Source of the DNA: Piromyces finnis finn
Lineage: Eukaryota; Fungi; Neocallimastigomycota
Reading direction: 5' to 3'
NCBI GenBank assembly: GCA_002104945.1
Contig: MCFH01000157.1
Span: 1-22,953 of the forward strand
Length of the DNA: 22,953 bases
Below, piece by piece: positions 1 through 10,902 of this stretch. The notes beneath the pieces are model-generated. The model did no database searches and was not told the origin of the DNA. It saw nothing but the letters and a program-made list of their open reading frames with translations. Within the stretch, counting starts at the first letter, position 1. Every line of letters starts with the position of its first letter. The position numbers and the translations under genes were made by a program.

Positions 1-1325
1 GTTCATAAAGCTGTATCGTTTATATCTTTATACTCTATTCAAAAGATTTGAATATTCCTCCATTGTCAGCCAAATGTGCGTTAGCTCAGGTTAGATGTTT
101 TAACAAATGGAAAAACTCAAATTGTATTATCTCACACCTTGTCAATTACATTCCTAAATTTAGAAAATACACGTGGTGCAAATCAAGTAGGACACTTGAT
201 AAAAAACTAAAGAAACATGGAGATGTTAAAGCAGTTAAAAACTTTTATTGGAAAGATCTCAAAGGGAATTCAATCAAAGCGCAATATTATGATGATAATA
301 AATTTATTGAAACTAAAGATTTTATTAAATTATGTTATGAGTACCCAGAGTTTGCCTATGGCTTCTACTGGCTATTGAAAGCAAGAAGCGGATACAAGTT
401 GGATGCTAGAGTTGCCAAAGCTGCAAATTTGTTGATCCAGTTTGTCCTAACTATGTCCATGTTGCAAGTGTGGGATCAAAGTATTAAACATTGGTTATTA
501 GATTGTCCAACATTTAGAGATATCCGTATTAAACATTATGATTCCATAGTCCAGCTATTAAATTTTTTCAGTCAACGTAATTCCAATAGTCCTATCAATA
601 ATAATGAAATTGATAATATCAGTAGAGATAGAATAACATTAATAGTAATAGTAACAATAATAATAAAAATAATAAACAATAGTATATAGTAATAATAGAA
701 TAGTAATAATAACAATAGTTAATAGAAATAATAATATATAATGATAGCAATAGTGAAGATAATAATTCTAATTTAGATAGTAATTTAGTTAATGATAGTA
801 ATAGTTCTAATAATCCGGTGAATATTAATGTGTATGATTATTCTAGTGTGTGCAGTAAAATATTTAAATTCCTTCTTGGGGGAAGAAGTTTTAACAATAT
901 TAATTACAATTCAAGGGAATGGAAAGAACTTTGTAAGCGTCAGATTCAATCTGGTACTAATGAAGGAACACCATTCTTGACGGTAACCGCGGAACTTCTA
1001 ACCAAAATCATGCCTTTTGCTATTGGCCAGCAATGGTCAATGTTCAAAAGGTTTGAAGCAACATCCAAGAGCGTCAATGCTGAAGAAACAGTAAGACAGG
1101 CCAGGAGGGCCAGCGCAACCAATGGAGATCATAATTTTGTTCCATGATAAAATTTTGATCTTTGGCTCGGTGTCCCATTGGAAGTCAAATACAATTATTA
1201 TACTTTAGTATGATAGTGGCTTTCTTACTTTAATTAAAATTACTAGAATACATTATACCCAATTTTTATTCATTTGTGTTTATTTAAACATATTTTTTTA
1301 TTTTATTTTTATTTTTATTTTTTTT
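1..1325 (+). mobile_element. 3' part of a non-LTR retrotransposon (LINE), left copy, cut by the window start; post-RT region, CCHC finger, C-terminal domain (stop 1145-1147), 3' UTR and T-rich end
   Basis: Reverse complement of 1381-2712 apart from scattered, mostly 1-bp indels. ORFs 48..689 and 818..1147 are frameshifted pieces of one reading frame, including CPCCKCG.QSIKHWLLDC at ~454-506. Confidence 0.9.
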
Positions 1326-2207
1326 ACATTATTTATTTTTAATTAAATTAATAATAAAGTTTAAAATATTTGATGCCGTTAAAAAAAAAAAAAAAAAAAA
1401 AATAAAATAAAAATAAAAAAATATGTTTAAATAAACACAAATGAATAAAATGGGTTAATGTATTCTAGTAATTTTAATTAAAGTAAGAAAGCCACTATCA
1501 TACTAAAGTATAATAATTGTATTTGACTTCCAATGGGACACCGAGCCAAAGATCAAAATTTTTCATGGGAACAAAATTATGATCTCCATTGGTTGCGCTG
1601 GCCTCCTGGCCTGTCTTACTGTTTCTTCAGCATTGACGCTCTTGGATGTTGCTTCAAACCTTTTGAACATTGACCATTGCTGGCCAATAGCAAAAGGCAT
1701 GATTTTGGTTAGAAGTTCCGCGGTTACCGTCAAGATGGTGTTCCTTCATTAGTACAGATTGAATCTGACGCTTACAAAGTTCTTTCCATTCCCTTGAATT
1801 GTAAATTAAATTGTTAAAACTTCTTCCCCCAAGAAGGAATTTAAATATTTTACTGCACACACTAGAATAATCATACACATTAATATTCACCGGATTATTA
1901 GAACTATTACTATCATTAACTAAATTACTATCTAAATTAGAATTATTATCTTCACTATTGCTATCATTACTAATATTATTATTTCATTCTACTATTGTAT
2001 TATTATATTCTATTATTATATTACTATTTGTTATTATTACTATTGTTATTATTATTATTGTTACTATTACTATTATGTTATTCTATCTCTACTGATATTA
2101 TCAATTTCATTATTATTGATAGGACTATTGGAATTACGTTGACTGAAAAAATTTAATAGCTGGACTATGGAATCATAATGTTTAATACGGATATCTCTAA
2201 ATGTTGG

Positions 2208-2260
2208 ACAATCTAATAACCAATGTTTAATACTTTGACTCCACACTTGCAACATGGACA
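2208..2260 (-). other. C-terminal CCHC zinc-knuckle-like motif of the LINE (mirror copy at 454-506, plus strand)
   Basis: Consensus of both arms reads CPNYCPCCKCG.QSIKHWLLDCP, the Cx..C..HxxxxC pattern found after RT in many APE LINEs. Confidence 0.75.
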
Positions 2261-2949
2261 GTAGTTAGGACAAATGGATCAACAAATTTGAGCTTTGGCA
2301 ACTCTAGCATCCAACTTGTATCCGCTTCTTGCTTTCAATAGCCAGTAGAAGCCATAGGCAAACTCTGGGTATCATAACATAATTTAATAAAATCTTTAGT
2401 TTCAATAAATTTATTATCATCATAATATTGCGCTTTGATTGAATTCCCTTTGAGATCTTTCCAATAAAAGTTTTTAACTGCTTTAACATCTCCATGTTTC
2501 TTTAGTTTTTTATCAAGTGTCCTACTTGATTTGCACCACGTGTATTTTCTAAATTTAGGAATGTAATTGACAAGGTGTGAGATAATACAATTTGAGTTTT
2601 TCCATTTGTTAAAACATCTAACCTGAGCTAACGCACATTTGGCTGACAATGGAGGAATATTCAAATCTTTTGAAATAGAGTATAAAGATATAAACGATAC
2701 AGCTTTATGAACTCCCGGCAACCCATCGTATTCCTTTGTTAACATGCTTCTGAGCAATCCTAGACCTAGCTTTGTTGGATCCAAGTAATGGTGCAAAGTA
2801 TGAAACTCTGCTAATCACTTGAGAGTTAAGTACTAGTTTTTGAAAGGAATAGGAATATTAGGATTTCTTAAGAATTTACTGACTGAGAAAAGCCCTTTCA
2901 AAACCTTGTTATTAAGAGCTTTAATTACTGGTTTAAGGGACAGATTCTT

Positions 2950-3925
2950 ATCAAATGGAACACCAAGATAAGTGTAGCAGTCAGTAGTTGGAATGGGTTG
3001 TCCTGCTAAGTAAAATGTTGGATTCTCTTGTTCTGATTTTCTATGATTCAGGACGAATCACCATCGTTGAACATTTCTGGATACCAATTCCATTTCATTA
3101 TACAAGCCCATTCATTAACTCTTCTAAGCATCTTTTTTAAGCATCCCTTGTTGGAGCACAAATAACTATATCATCTGCAAAAAGTCCACCACAGCATCGA
3201 GTGTCACCTAAACTGACTCCGAGATCTTCACACCTTTAAATATATCATTAATAAAGAGATTAAAAGAATAGGCGAAAGTGGGCAACCTTGACGGACTCCT
3301 TTCTTCACATCAAAAGATTTCGAGAATTGTCCATCTAATTTGACATTAGCCTTAGATGTTAAATATAAATTTTTGATAAATTGTAGACTCTTACCTCGGA
3401 TTCCTAAACAATCTAATTTATGGAGAATATTACCGATTGGGACTGAATCGTATGCTTCCTGAGATCTAAAAAGGCCAAATATGTCTCTTTATTATCTAAT
3501 TGACGTCTACGGCATATTTCTTGGATTGAAATGAAAAGACTAATACTTTCTTCCTTTTTCGAAAACCAAATTGTTCAGGTCTAATGAAATTATTCTTTAA
3601 ACCATATTCTGAGATTCTGTGGTGACAATTTGGAAATCAACTTAATACCATTATTGATAAGTGATATACCTCGATAGTTATCACAATCTGTCAAATCTCC
3701 CTTCTTAGGAATAGAAACAATACTGGATTCATTCCATGAGTTGGGGAAATCTCCATCCCAAATACGGTTGAATAATTTAAGAATAAAATTTAAACCATGA
3801 GCATCATTATCTGAAGTAGTATTACCAGAAGAATTATTATCTGTAGCATTATTAGAATCATTACTTGATGGAACTAATGCTTTGTAAAATTCAATTGGAA
3901 TACCATCCGGACCTGATGCTTTATA
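2950..3925 (-). other. Reverse transcriptase domain of the LINE (boundaries approximate)
   Basis: KASGPDGIPIEFYK, IVSIPKKGDLTDCDNYRGISLIN, KKGVRQGCPLSP (3270-3299), GGLFADD (FADD 3170-3181). Confidence 0.92.
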
Positions 3926-4709
3926 ATTTGGAGTAGTGAGGATAGCTGACTTGACTTCATCAATACTAATATCTTGGTTGATATCCCACTCATCAAGCAT
4001 AGGAAGTGAAAAACGTTTATTCGTTGGTTCTTCATACCAATGCTCCAAATCAAGACTTACACCACTTGGATCTGATGCAAGCTTTTCGAAATGATCATGC
4101 CACACATCTAGTTGTTCTTCCGTAGCAACAACTAATTCTCCATTTTTATTTTTAATTGGTTGAGCAATAAAGAAGGAATCTTTTCCAATTTTTGCAGTTT
4201 TCTTGATCCATTTCCAGGCCTTCTAGGATTATGACTCTTCATATACTCACATCCTGTTTTAATCCAATGAAGATATTCTTGCTTCCTAAATTCATTACAT
4301 CTTTTGTGGATGTAATCAATGAGTTTACGGTAGATTTTTAATTCTTTTAATAAATTCATCTATATCATAAATTCTTTCTTTTTTAAATCTCTTATACAAC
4401 TTCATTTTGATTTTTTGAAGATTAAAAATTTGTTGTGAAATATGAAATGAAGACTTTATAACATTATTTGCTGAAGTAATACTGAGCTCGTCTGCAATTG
4501 AAAAAGCAGTTGAAGTAAACTCTTTGGAAAGTTCATCTGTAGAAACATTAGGATCGCTGGATTTTGCTGAAAGTATTTGGAATTTATTATGACTGAGAAT
4601 AGATTCCTTTTCCTCAATACATTTTAATCTATTCCATTTCAGAATTTTCTTAGGAACATTAAAGTCATTAGAAAAATCATCCATAGGAATAATTTTACCA
4701 TTAATAAGA

Positions 4710-5350
4710 AGTGGCTTATGGTCTGATACAGGATAAAAATTATTTATAAATGATCCTGAGTGAATAAGATCTTTCATCTTCGAATTGATAAGAGCATGGT
4801 CAATGTCGGAAGATTGATCACCTCGAGTCCAAGAGATAGTAGACCCTCTAAGCGGAAGAATTTCCCAATCTCCTAATCCATTAGTTGATAACCAGTTGGA
4901 TAATTTTACTTTAGACATATTAAAATCACCAACAAGAATCGATGGATGGGATGAATGATTTGTAACCACAAGCGAACTTCTAACTTTGCATGATCAACAT
5001 AGATGTTGTGATGACTATGAGGCATATAAACATTTCCAATCGAGCATTTGAATCTATTCCAGAGACTAAAAGTATAAATAGAAATAATATACTTTCCAGA
5101 GAAGTTTTCAAGTGAGGCTTGACACGAATTGTGAAACCTAAATATAAACCTCTCATTCCCGGAACTGATTCGTCAGCTTTCTTGAAAAAGTGTCTATAGT
5201 TTCGCAAAGTAACACGACAAGGATAATCTGTATTCAATCTAGAACCATTACCAGTTTCTTGGAAACATAAGAATAATGGTTTGAAAATAGCTGTGAAATA
5301 GCTAATACTATCTCTCTTTTCATGATTCCACCCATTGGTGTTCCAACTAA
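4710..5350 (-). other. Apurinic/apyrimidinic-like (APE) endonuclease domain of the LINE
   Basis: LSWNTNGW (~5330-5351), LCFQETG (~5250-5270), ILVGDFN (GDFN 4919-4930), SSDIDHAL, VSDHKPL (~4710-4729). Confidence 0.9.
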
Positions 5351-5601
5351 GACAAAAAGAAAAGTTATCAGGCTTGTTGTATGAGGAAGAATCGTTGCTA
5401 TTATTATTATTATTAAAGTCATCGTTATTAATGGATGATGCATCAGAGGAATAAGTAGAACTATTACTAGATGGCTGTGAAACTGAAGAACTATCAACTA
5501 TTGAACTGTTATCAGAGTTGATAGAACTATTAGAATTAATTGTTGAATGTTGAGATTGAAATTGTGTTTGCTGTAGATCTGGAATATTTTCATGATGGGA
5601 A

Positions 5602-5698
5602 ACTTGTTGAAGATCCTGTTGAAGATCTTGTTGAAGATCGGATTGTTGATGAGATTGTTGAACTGATTGTTGAACTGATTGTTGAAATGATTGTTGAA
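5602..5698 (-). repeat. Coding minisatellite (9-12 bp units) encoding IQQSFQQSVQQSVQQSHQQSDLQQDLQQDLQQV in the LINE linker
   Basis: Repeated caacaatcagtt and caacaagatctt units read directly on the minus strand. Confidence 0.85.
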
Positions 5699-6677
5699 TA
5701 GAATGTTGATATTTATTAGAAACTAAATTTTACGTTTGAGAGTGGAAAAAGTGTATTTGTGATTCCTTCTACTACGAGCTGAAAAGGAAATTGAGGTAAC
5801 TGAAAGTTTCTTCTTTAACATGTGTAAGATTTTAATACAATCTTTTGATGAACCATGAACCTTGACTAAGAAAAAGTGATCATTGAAAGTTTGAAAATAT
5901 TTAACACTAATAACTGAATTAAATTTATCTTCTAGAATAACCTCGAGTTTTTCCCATAGCATATTTACTGACCATGATCGAATACCACGGATAAAGAAGG
6001 AGCGAATATCATCTAAGGGGATACCATAAGACCGGGTACCACGTCTGATATAATTCTTATCTTTAATATAAAGGACTGACATGATAATTAATTCTAATTA
6101 AAAAATATTGAATATAAAATAAATACTAATAAAAATTACAAATATAACGTATATGGAAAAAATCTGTCTCTCTCTCTCTTCTTAAAGTACTGGATAGTAC
6201 AAAAATTGTTACGATGCTTTGTTTAAAGTTTCTTTTTTTTGAATTCTAGTTGTAAATTTTCTTTAAAAATTCTAGTTTTGGTTTGTTGTTAGTAAATTCG
6301 ATTCGCTTTTTGACACTAACTTGTTTGACTTTACTTTTCATTAAATATTTAAATTGGTAAAAAATTTGAATCAAGAATGTCGACACCAGAAAGCTTGTGA
6401 ATAGTATTTTTACATGATGTAGAGTGAATCAGTCTCTTACAAGAAACAATACAACAATAGCTACATGAATATAAAAGTACAATGCAAATGCTAAAGTTGA
6501 CTACATTGGATTCTTACAAGAGAAGAGTAGTACTACATGAATACATGAATAAAGAAAAAATACAGCAACAAAATGTATTACTCTTCTAATTAAATACTAT
6601 ACAAACTTACCTGAAAAATCAAACATTCACTTATTCATCAAATACTTAAATTTGATGAATAAAATGTTTTTTAATCG

Positions 6678-7179
6678 CTCAGTACCATGAGCTTAGTCCT
6701 AATAATTTTCCCTTGAAGACTAACCAAGCATCCATTGCGCAATGCTTGGATTTAATTCTTTCTACTCTCTCAGTACCATGAGCATGAGTAGACCCCCTTG
6801 AGAAATTACATTTATTAAATAAATGAAGGCACATTCCTAAGAGGCACCAAGCATCCATTGCGCAATACTTGGATTTAATTCTTTCTACTCTCTCAGTACC
6901 ATGAGCATGAGTAGACCCCTTGAGAAACTACATTTATTAAATAAATGAAGGCACGTTCCCAAGAGGGCTCTTTCTACTCTCTCAGTACCATGAGCATGAG
7001 TAGACCCCCTTGAGAAATTACATTTATTAAATAATGAAGGCACATTCCTAAGAGGGCACCAAGCATCCATTGCGCAATACTTGGATTTAATTCTTTCTAC
7101 TCTCTCAGTACCATGAGCATGAGTAGACCCCTTGAGAAACTACATTTATTAAATAAATGAAGGCACGTTCCCAAGAGGG
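6678..7179. repeat. Compound tandem repeat A-B1-A-B2-B1-A-B2 with a 212-bp higher-order period and several internal dyads
   Basis: A (ccaagcatccattgcgcaat[g/a]cttggatttaatt) at 6724, 6847 and 7059; B (ctttctactctctcagtaccatgagcatgagtagacc...) at 6758, 6881, 6970 and 7093. B1/B2 diagnostic variants (aaattac/aaactac; cacattcct/cacgttccc) alternate. Partial B (ctcagtaccatgagc) at 6678. Confidence 0.95.
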
Positions 7180-7714
7180 TATTTTATTTTGTATGAATAT
7201 TCTTTAAAATTGAATTAAGAAACAACGACGATCATAATACGACGATAAGGTAGAAAAGTTTAAGAATAAATTAATATTAAAAAAAAAAAAACACAATGTA
7301 AGATTAACGTATTTTCGAATTAACAAAAAATAAAATTTATTAAATAAAATTATATACATTTTATGTATTTATATTATTAATAATTATCTTTTTTTTAAAG
7401 GATCCTTTTTAATAATTATATAATATTTACATTTTAAAAAAAATGTGATGACTAAAATGCTTTATTAGTAGAATAATTGTGAATTATTATTTTATATAAA
7501 TTTTTTAAATTTTTATACGTCTCATCTAAAATTGAAACCATTTTAGGATGATGGTTCAAGTGATGATACCATTTCTATTTTAATGAATTAAAAGAAAAAA
7601 AACGGTTTTATGAAACTAGGGTCAGATAGAGCCATATAAGAAACAATGAAAATAAAATACAAAAAAAAAAAAAAAAAAACACCTCTATACCATTATTATT
7701 TTCATTCTTCCATT

Positions 7715-10700
7715 TTAATAACCACAATAGAATGGGATTGAACACCATTGTCCATTTTCAATACCCCAGCTACTATCATCATCTTGCTCAACAATATCTA
7801 TACATGAACTACAACATGAATATTCAGAATCACTGCCTGGACTATTGGCTGGACATAAGTAGGTTATGCTAGAGGCATCACAACTAGATTTAATACCACA
7901 CCAATCATTATCTTTGACACCCCAAAGACCATTTTCATCAGTGCTAACAACATCACAGGAATCACAACATGGATGACCTAAAGCAAGAGAGAAACATTCA
8001 CCTGAAGATTCATTTGTTCCTGAACTAAAACCACACCATTCTCCATTAATTATACCCCATTCACCATATTCATCGACATAGGCAACTTCAGTACCATCTG
8101 GACAACAATCGAAAGTTTCATCTAAATATTTAACAATACAATTATTAGAGGATGTTGGGGAGGAAGATATCGTTTTTGTGGTGGTCTTTTTCTTGGTAGT
8201 GGTTTGACGATGAGGCGTATTATTATTTGAATTGCTAACAACACTAGTATCATCACCAACAACAACACCACGTCCATTGGTTGCAATATAAACACGACCA
8301 AAAATGTTTGGATCCCCGATAACTTTGGAGTTATAAACACCCCATTGATGATTATCATCATTTAATAAGGTCCAGGTATTACCAAGATCAGTAGAACGGT
8401 AGACACCATAATAACCATCATATTTACCAACAATATAAACCGTGTATGGAGCATTTGAATTTGGATCAGGTTTACCAAAACCAACTGAATCAGCAGTTTT
8501 AAAGAGTGGATCAACTTCTTTAAAGGTTTTACCATAATCTGTTGACATTTGAACACCACCCCAATAGGTGCAGGCTAACCATAAGTGACCTTCAACATCA
8601 AATGGTGAATTCAATTGACCGGCACTTAAACCAGAACTAAGTTTACTATAGGTTTTACCACCATCTTTACTGAGGTAAACACTTTGATAATCATAACCAT
8701 ACATTAATGTTAAATTTTACCATCTGGACGAATTTGAGTACATTGTGGACAGGTAGTTACCTTTGTCCAAGTAGCACCATGGTCTGTAGTCCAGTATGGA
8801 ACATTGGATTGATTTGGAACCCAAGTAACAACTTTACCATCACCAGAAATAGTAATATGACCTCCGGTAGCATTTTCATATGGGAGTGACTTCATTGGAG
8901 TCCAAGTGTGACCACCGTCATTTGAGTAGGCCGCATTATCTGTACCACAGGAAACTACAATTTGTGGGTTAGAGTATGCATATTCAACGGAACTACCAGT
9001 AGTATAGGTTGGGTTGGTCCACATTTCTACTGCTTCATTAATATCATCTTGAGTGAAACCACCAAGATCACCAAGAGCAGTTAAAAGTTGTGGATTACCA
9101 GGTCCAGCTGGTGGTGCTTCAATATCGTTAATAGCACATTCTTCAAAACCATGTACATTTGGGGCCCAGTGAGTTGCGGCATTCTTATCGGCATTAGTAA
9201 AATCAGTGGTGGTATAAACTGTAGCACCAGTACCATAGGAAACATTATTATCATCAAATGGATCCATAGCTAAGGAAGCAATCCACCAACCAAATTTTAA
9301 ACCGTCTTCTTTACCAAAGTCAAGCCATGGATATTCACTAATGTCTAATTCAGCATGACTAGCAACACCTTCAGACCAAGTCTCACCATAATCGTTACTT
9401 TTGTAAACTTCATCACTTGGCCACCATAAATTTAAAGTAGAGACAATAACTACACCAGGATTAGTGCCACTAGTTTGAACACCAGTATAACCGAATTGCT
9501 GAGTTTCATAAGAACCTTTTACTGGTGTAATTTCCTTAAAGGAGTAATCAGCAAGTTTAATTCTATAAACAGCACCTTGAGTGGCACCATTTGGTCCAAT
9601 TGAATTGGCGTAAGTAACATAAAGATATTTATTATCGGCACTGAAAGCACCATGATGAGGATAATAACCTGTATTTGGTTGTCCGCTTATTTGCTTGAAG
9701 GTAGAACCTCCATCATCACTACGGTATAATGGTCCTTTAGAATTATCAGTAGCAACAATAATTGTTTTTCCTTTGGTTCCTGGTACAAAAAGGATGAATG
9801 GAATATCATAGTCCGTTGGGAATGAAGCAACTTGACTAAAAGATTCAGCATAGTTTGTTGATTTATATAAACCATTCTTTCTGGTACCAAAATAGATAAT
9901 ATTGTTTTGTTCAGGATGAACAGCGAGTCTTTCACCACGACCACGACCATCATCATTTGCACCAAAGTGGAATGGTGCATCCCAACGAGTTTTCCAAGTT
10001 TGACCATAGTCATCTGAAGCAATAATGGCTCCATTTTCACCATAACTCATATAGGTACCCGCAGCAATGTAGACACGGTTTGGTTCTTTAGTATCAACAC
10101 CTAAACTTTCACAGCCAAATAACCACCATTCGCTACCACCAAAAATATCTTGAATTGGAGTCCATGATTTATTATTTTGGTCATAACGATAAGAACCTCC
10201 CATATCAGTTCTTAAATATAATAATCCTTGCTCTATAAAATAATATTTTTAAATAAGTATTCGAGTTAAATAGAGTTTTTTTAAAGTGTTGAAAATATTA
10301 TTTGGAATATTATCATTATATTTATTTAATATATATGCATTTCTTTATTATTTTTGAACATTATTATTTTATGCTTTTATTTATAATGTTTTTTATTTAC
10401 TATATTGTATTGCTTATTTGTATTTTTTATAATTCTAATTAATATAGGGTGGTTGATTAAATTTTAATGTATTTAATTTGGAATTATTACTTTTATTTTA
10501 TTTAATTATTTTATATTTTGTATTATTGATAAACTTTTTTAATTATTTTATATTTTTTTTTTTTTTTTTTTTTTTGAAAAATACATGAATAAATCGAAAT
10601 AACGTTTTATAAGCTTTACTATTTTAAAATTATTTACCTCCAGGATTATAAATTAAATTTGTTACAAAACCACCACCACCAATCTATTTTAAAATTTATT

Positions 10701-10902
10701 CGTATTAAAAATATTTTTATATAATAATAATAGTAATAAAATAATAATAGTACTTTATTAGTTATAATAATTTATTGTTATTATTATTTTTTTTCTTAAA
10801 TAATCACTATACCTTGGTATTATACCAATTATATTTAACTGATAAACAAGTTGGAATGCTTAATAACACCAACCCTAAAATTGTCAGAATTAATTTTTTC
10901 AT
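7715..10902 (-). CDS. Secreted GH74 xyloglucanase with three C-terminal fungal (CBM10-like, non-catalytic) dockerins, i.e. a cellulosome component; exons 10902-10813, 10683-10638, 10232-7715; one apparent frameshift at ~8715-8718
   Basis: Spliced N-terminus MKKLILTILGLVLLSIPTCLS-VKYNWYNTK|IGGGGFVTNLIYNPG|EQGLLYLRTDMGGSY with phase-consistent GT-AG introns. Catalytic Asp motifs RTDMGG (D 10204-10206) and ALGDLGG (D 9067-9069), BNR-type SxDxGxTW repeats, terminal GDPNIFGRVYIATNGRG, then a Thr/Lys linker and dockerins. Adding one A at 8715-8718 joins the two ORF-track pieces (IRPDGKNLTLMYGYD). Confidence 0.95.
7724..8140 (-). other. Three tandem fungal dockerin (NCDD/CBM10-like) domains: ~8140-8030, ~7996-7895, ~7855-7724
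   Basis: Each shows C...CC...(Y/S/Q)xD..G/S.WG..N..WC: DCC..YVDEYGEWGIINGEWC, PCC..STDENGLWGVKDNDWC, SCC..QDDDSSWGIENGQWC. Confidence 0.92.

Larger units (their letters stand above)
1..2712. repeat. Long inverted repeat (arms 1-~1325 and ~1381-2712, loop ~1326-1380)
   Basis: Position 1 (gttcataaagct) pairs with 2701-2712 (agctttatgaac); pairing continues through the 3' UTR (tactagaatacatt / aatgtattctagta) into the T/A tracts. Confidence 0.97.
1381..6082 (-). mobile_element. Near full-length APE-type non-LTR retrotransposon (LINE), right copy; the 5' UTR extends beyond 6082 with an undefined boundary; clade uncertain
   Basis: Ordered motifs on the minus strand: endonuclease (SWNTNG, LCFQET, LVGDFN, DIDH, SDHKPL), RT (GPDGIP, PKKGDLTDCDNYRGISL, GVRQGCPLSP, FADD), then a CCHC finger. 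No LTRs and no target-site duplication found. Confidence 0.93.
1563..6082 (-). pseudogene. LINE polyprotein reading frame (roughly 1500 codons) broken by many frameshifts: RRM-like domain, Q/S/N linker, APE, RT, CCHC, N-rich linker, C-terminal domain
   Basis: ORF-track fragments 5723-6082, 4980-5237, 4325-4969, 3590-4105, 2335-2796, 2073-2255 and 1654-1890, plus manually read frames between them, join into the canonical LINE order. Confidence 0.8.

Noticed and set aside
1326-1380. Loop as a leftover sequencing adapter
   Set aside because: It does not resemble the SMRTbell hairpin adapter as I recall it; it looks like ordinary AT-rich genomic DNA. A fold-back chimera is still possible.
5723-5735. 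Canonical -1 ribosomal slippery heptamer (AAATTTA) at the LINE ORF junction
   Set aside because: The heptamer is not in the required X XXY YYZ phase relative to the upstream frame.
6375-6395. tggtgtcgaca (minus strand) as an LTR primer-binding site
   Set aside because: It is not preceded by an LTR-terminal CA, and no LTR pair or gag/integrase is present.
6885-7070. 61-aa ORF in the repeat array
   Set aside because: A by-product of the tandem repeat with no recognisable domain.
6724-7179. CRISPR-like appearance (palindromic ~34-bp A unit recurring between longer segments)
   Set aside because: The intervening segments are near-identical copies rather than unique spacers, there are no cas genes, and the context is eukaryotic.
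8705-8718. Intron between the two GH74 ORF pieces
   Set aside because: One added A restores a continuous, family-consistent sequence, and removing an intron here would delete conserved residues.
8122-10043. Overlapping ORFs 8122-8361, 8362-8559, 8707-8889, 9088-9273 and 9687-10043
   Set aside because: Shadow frames of the GH74 coding sequence.
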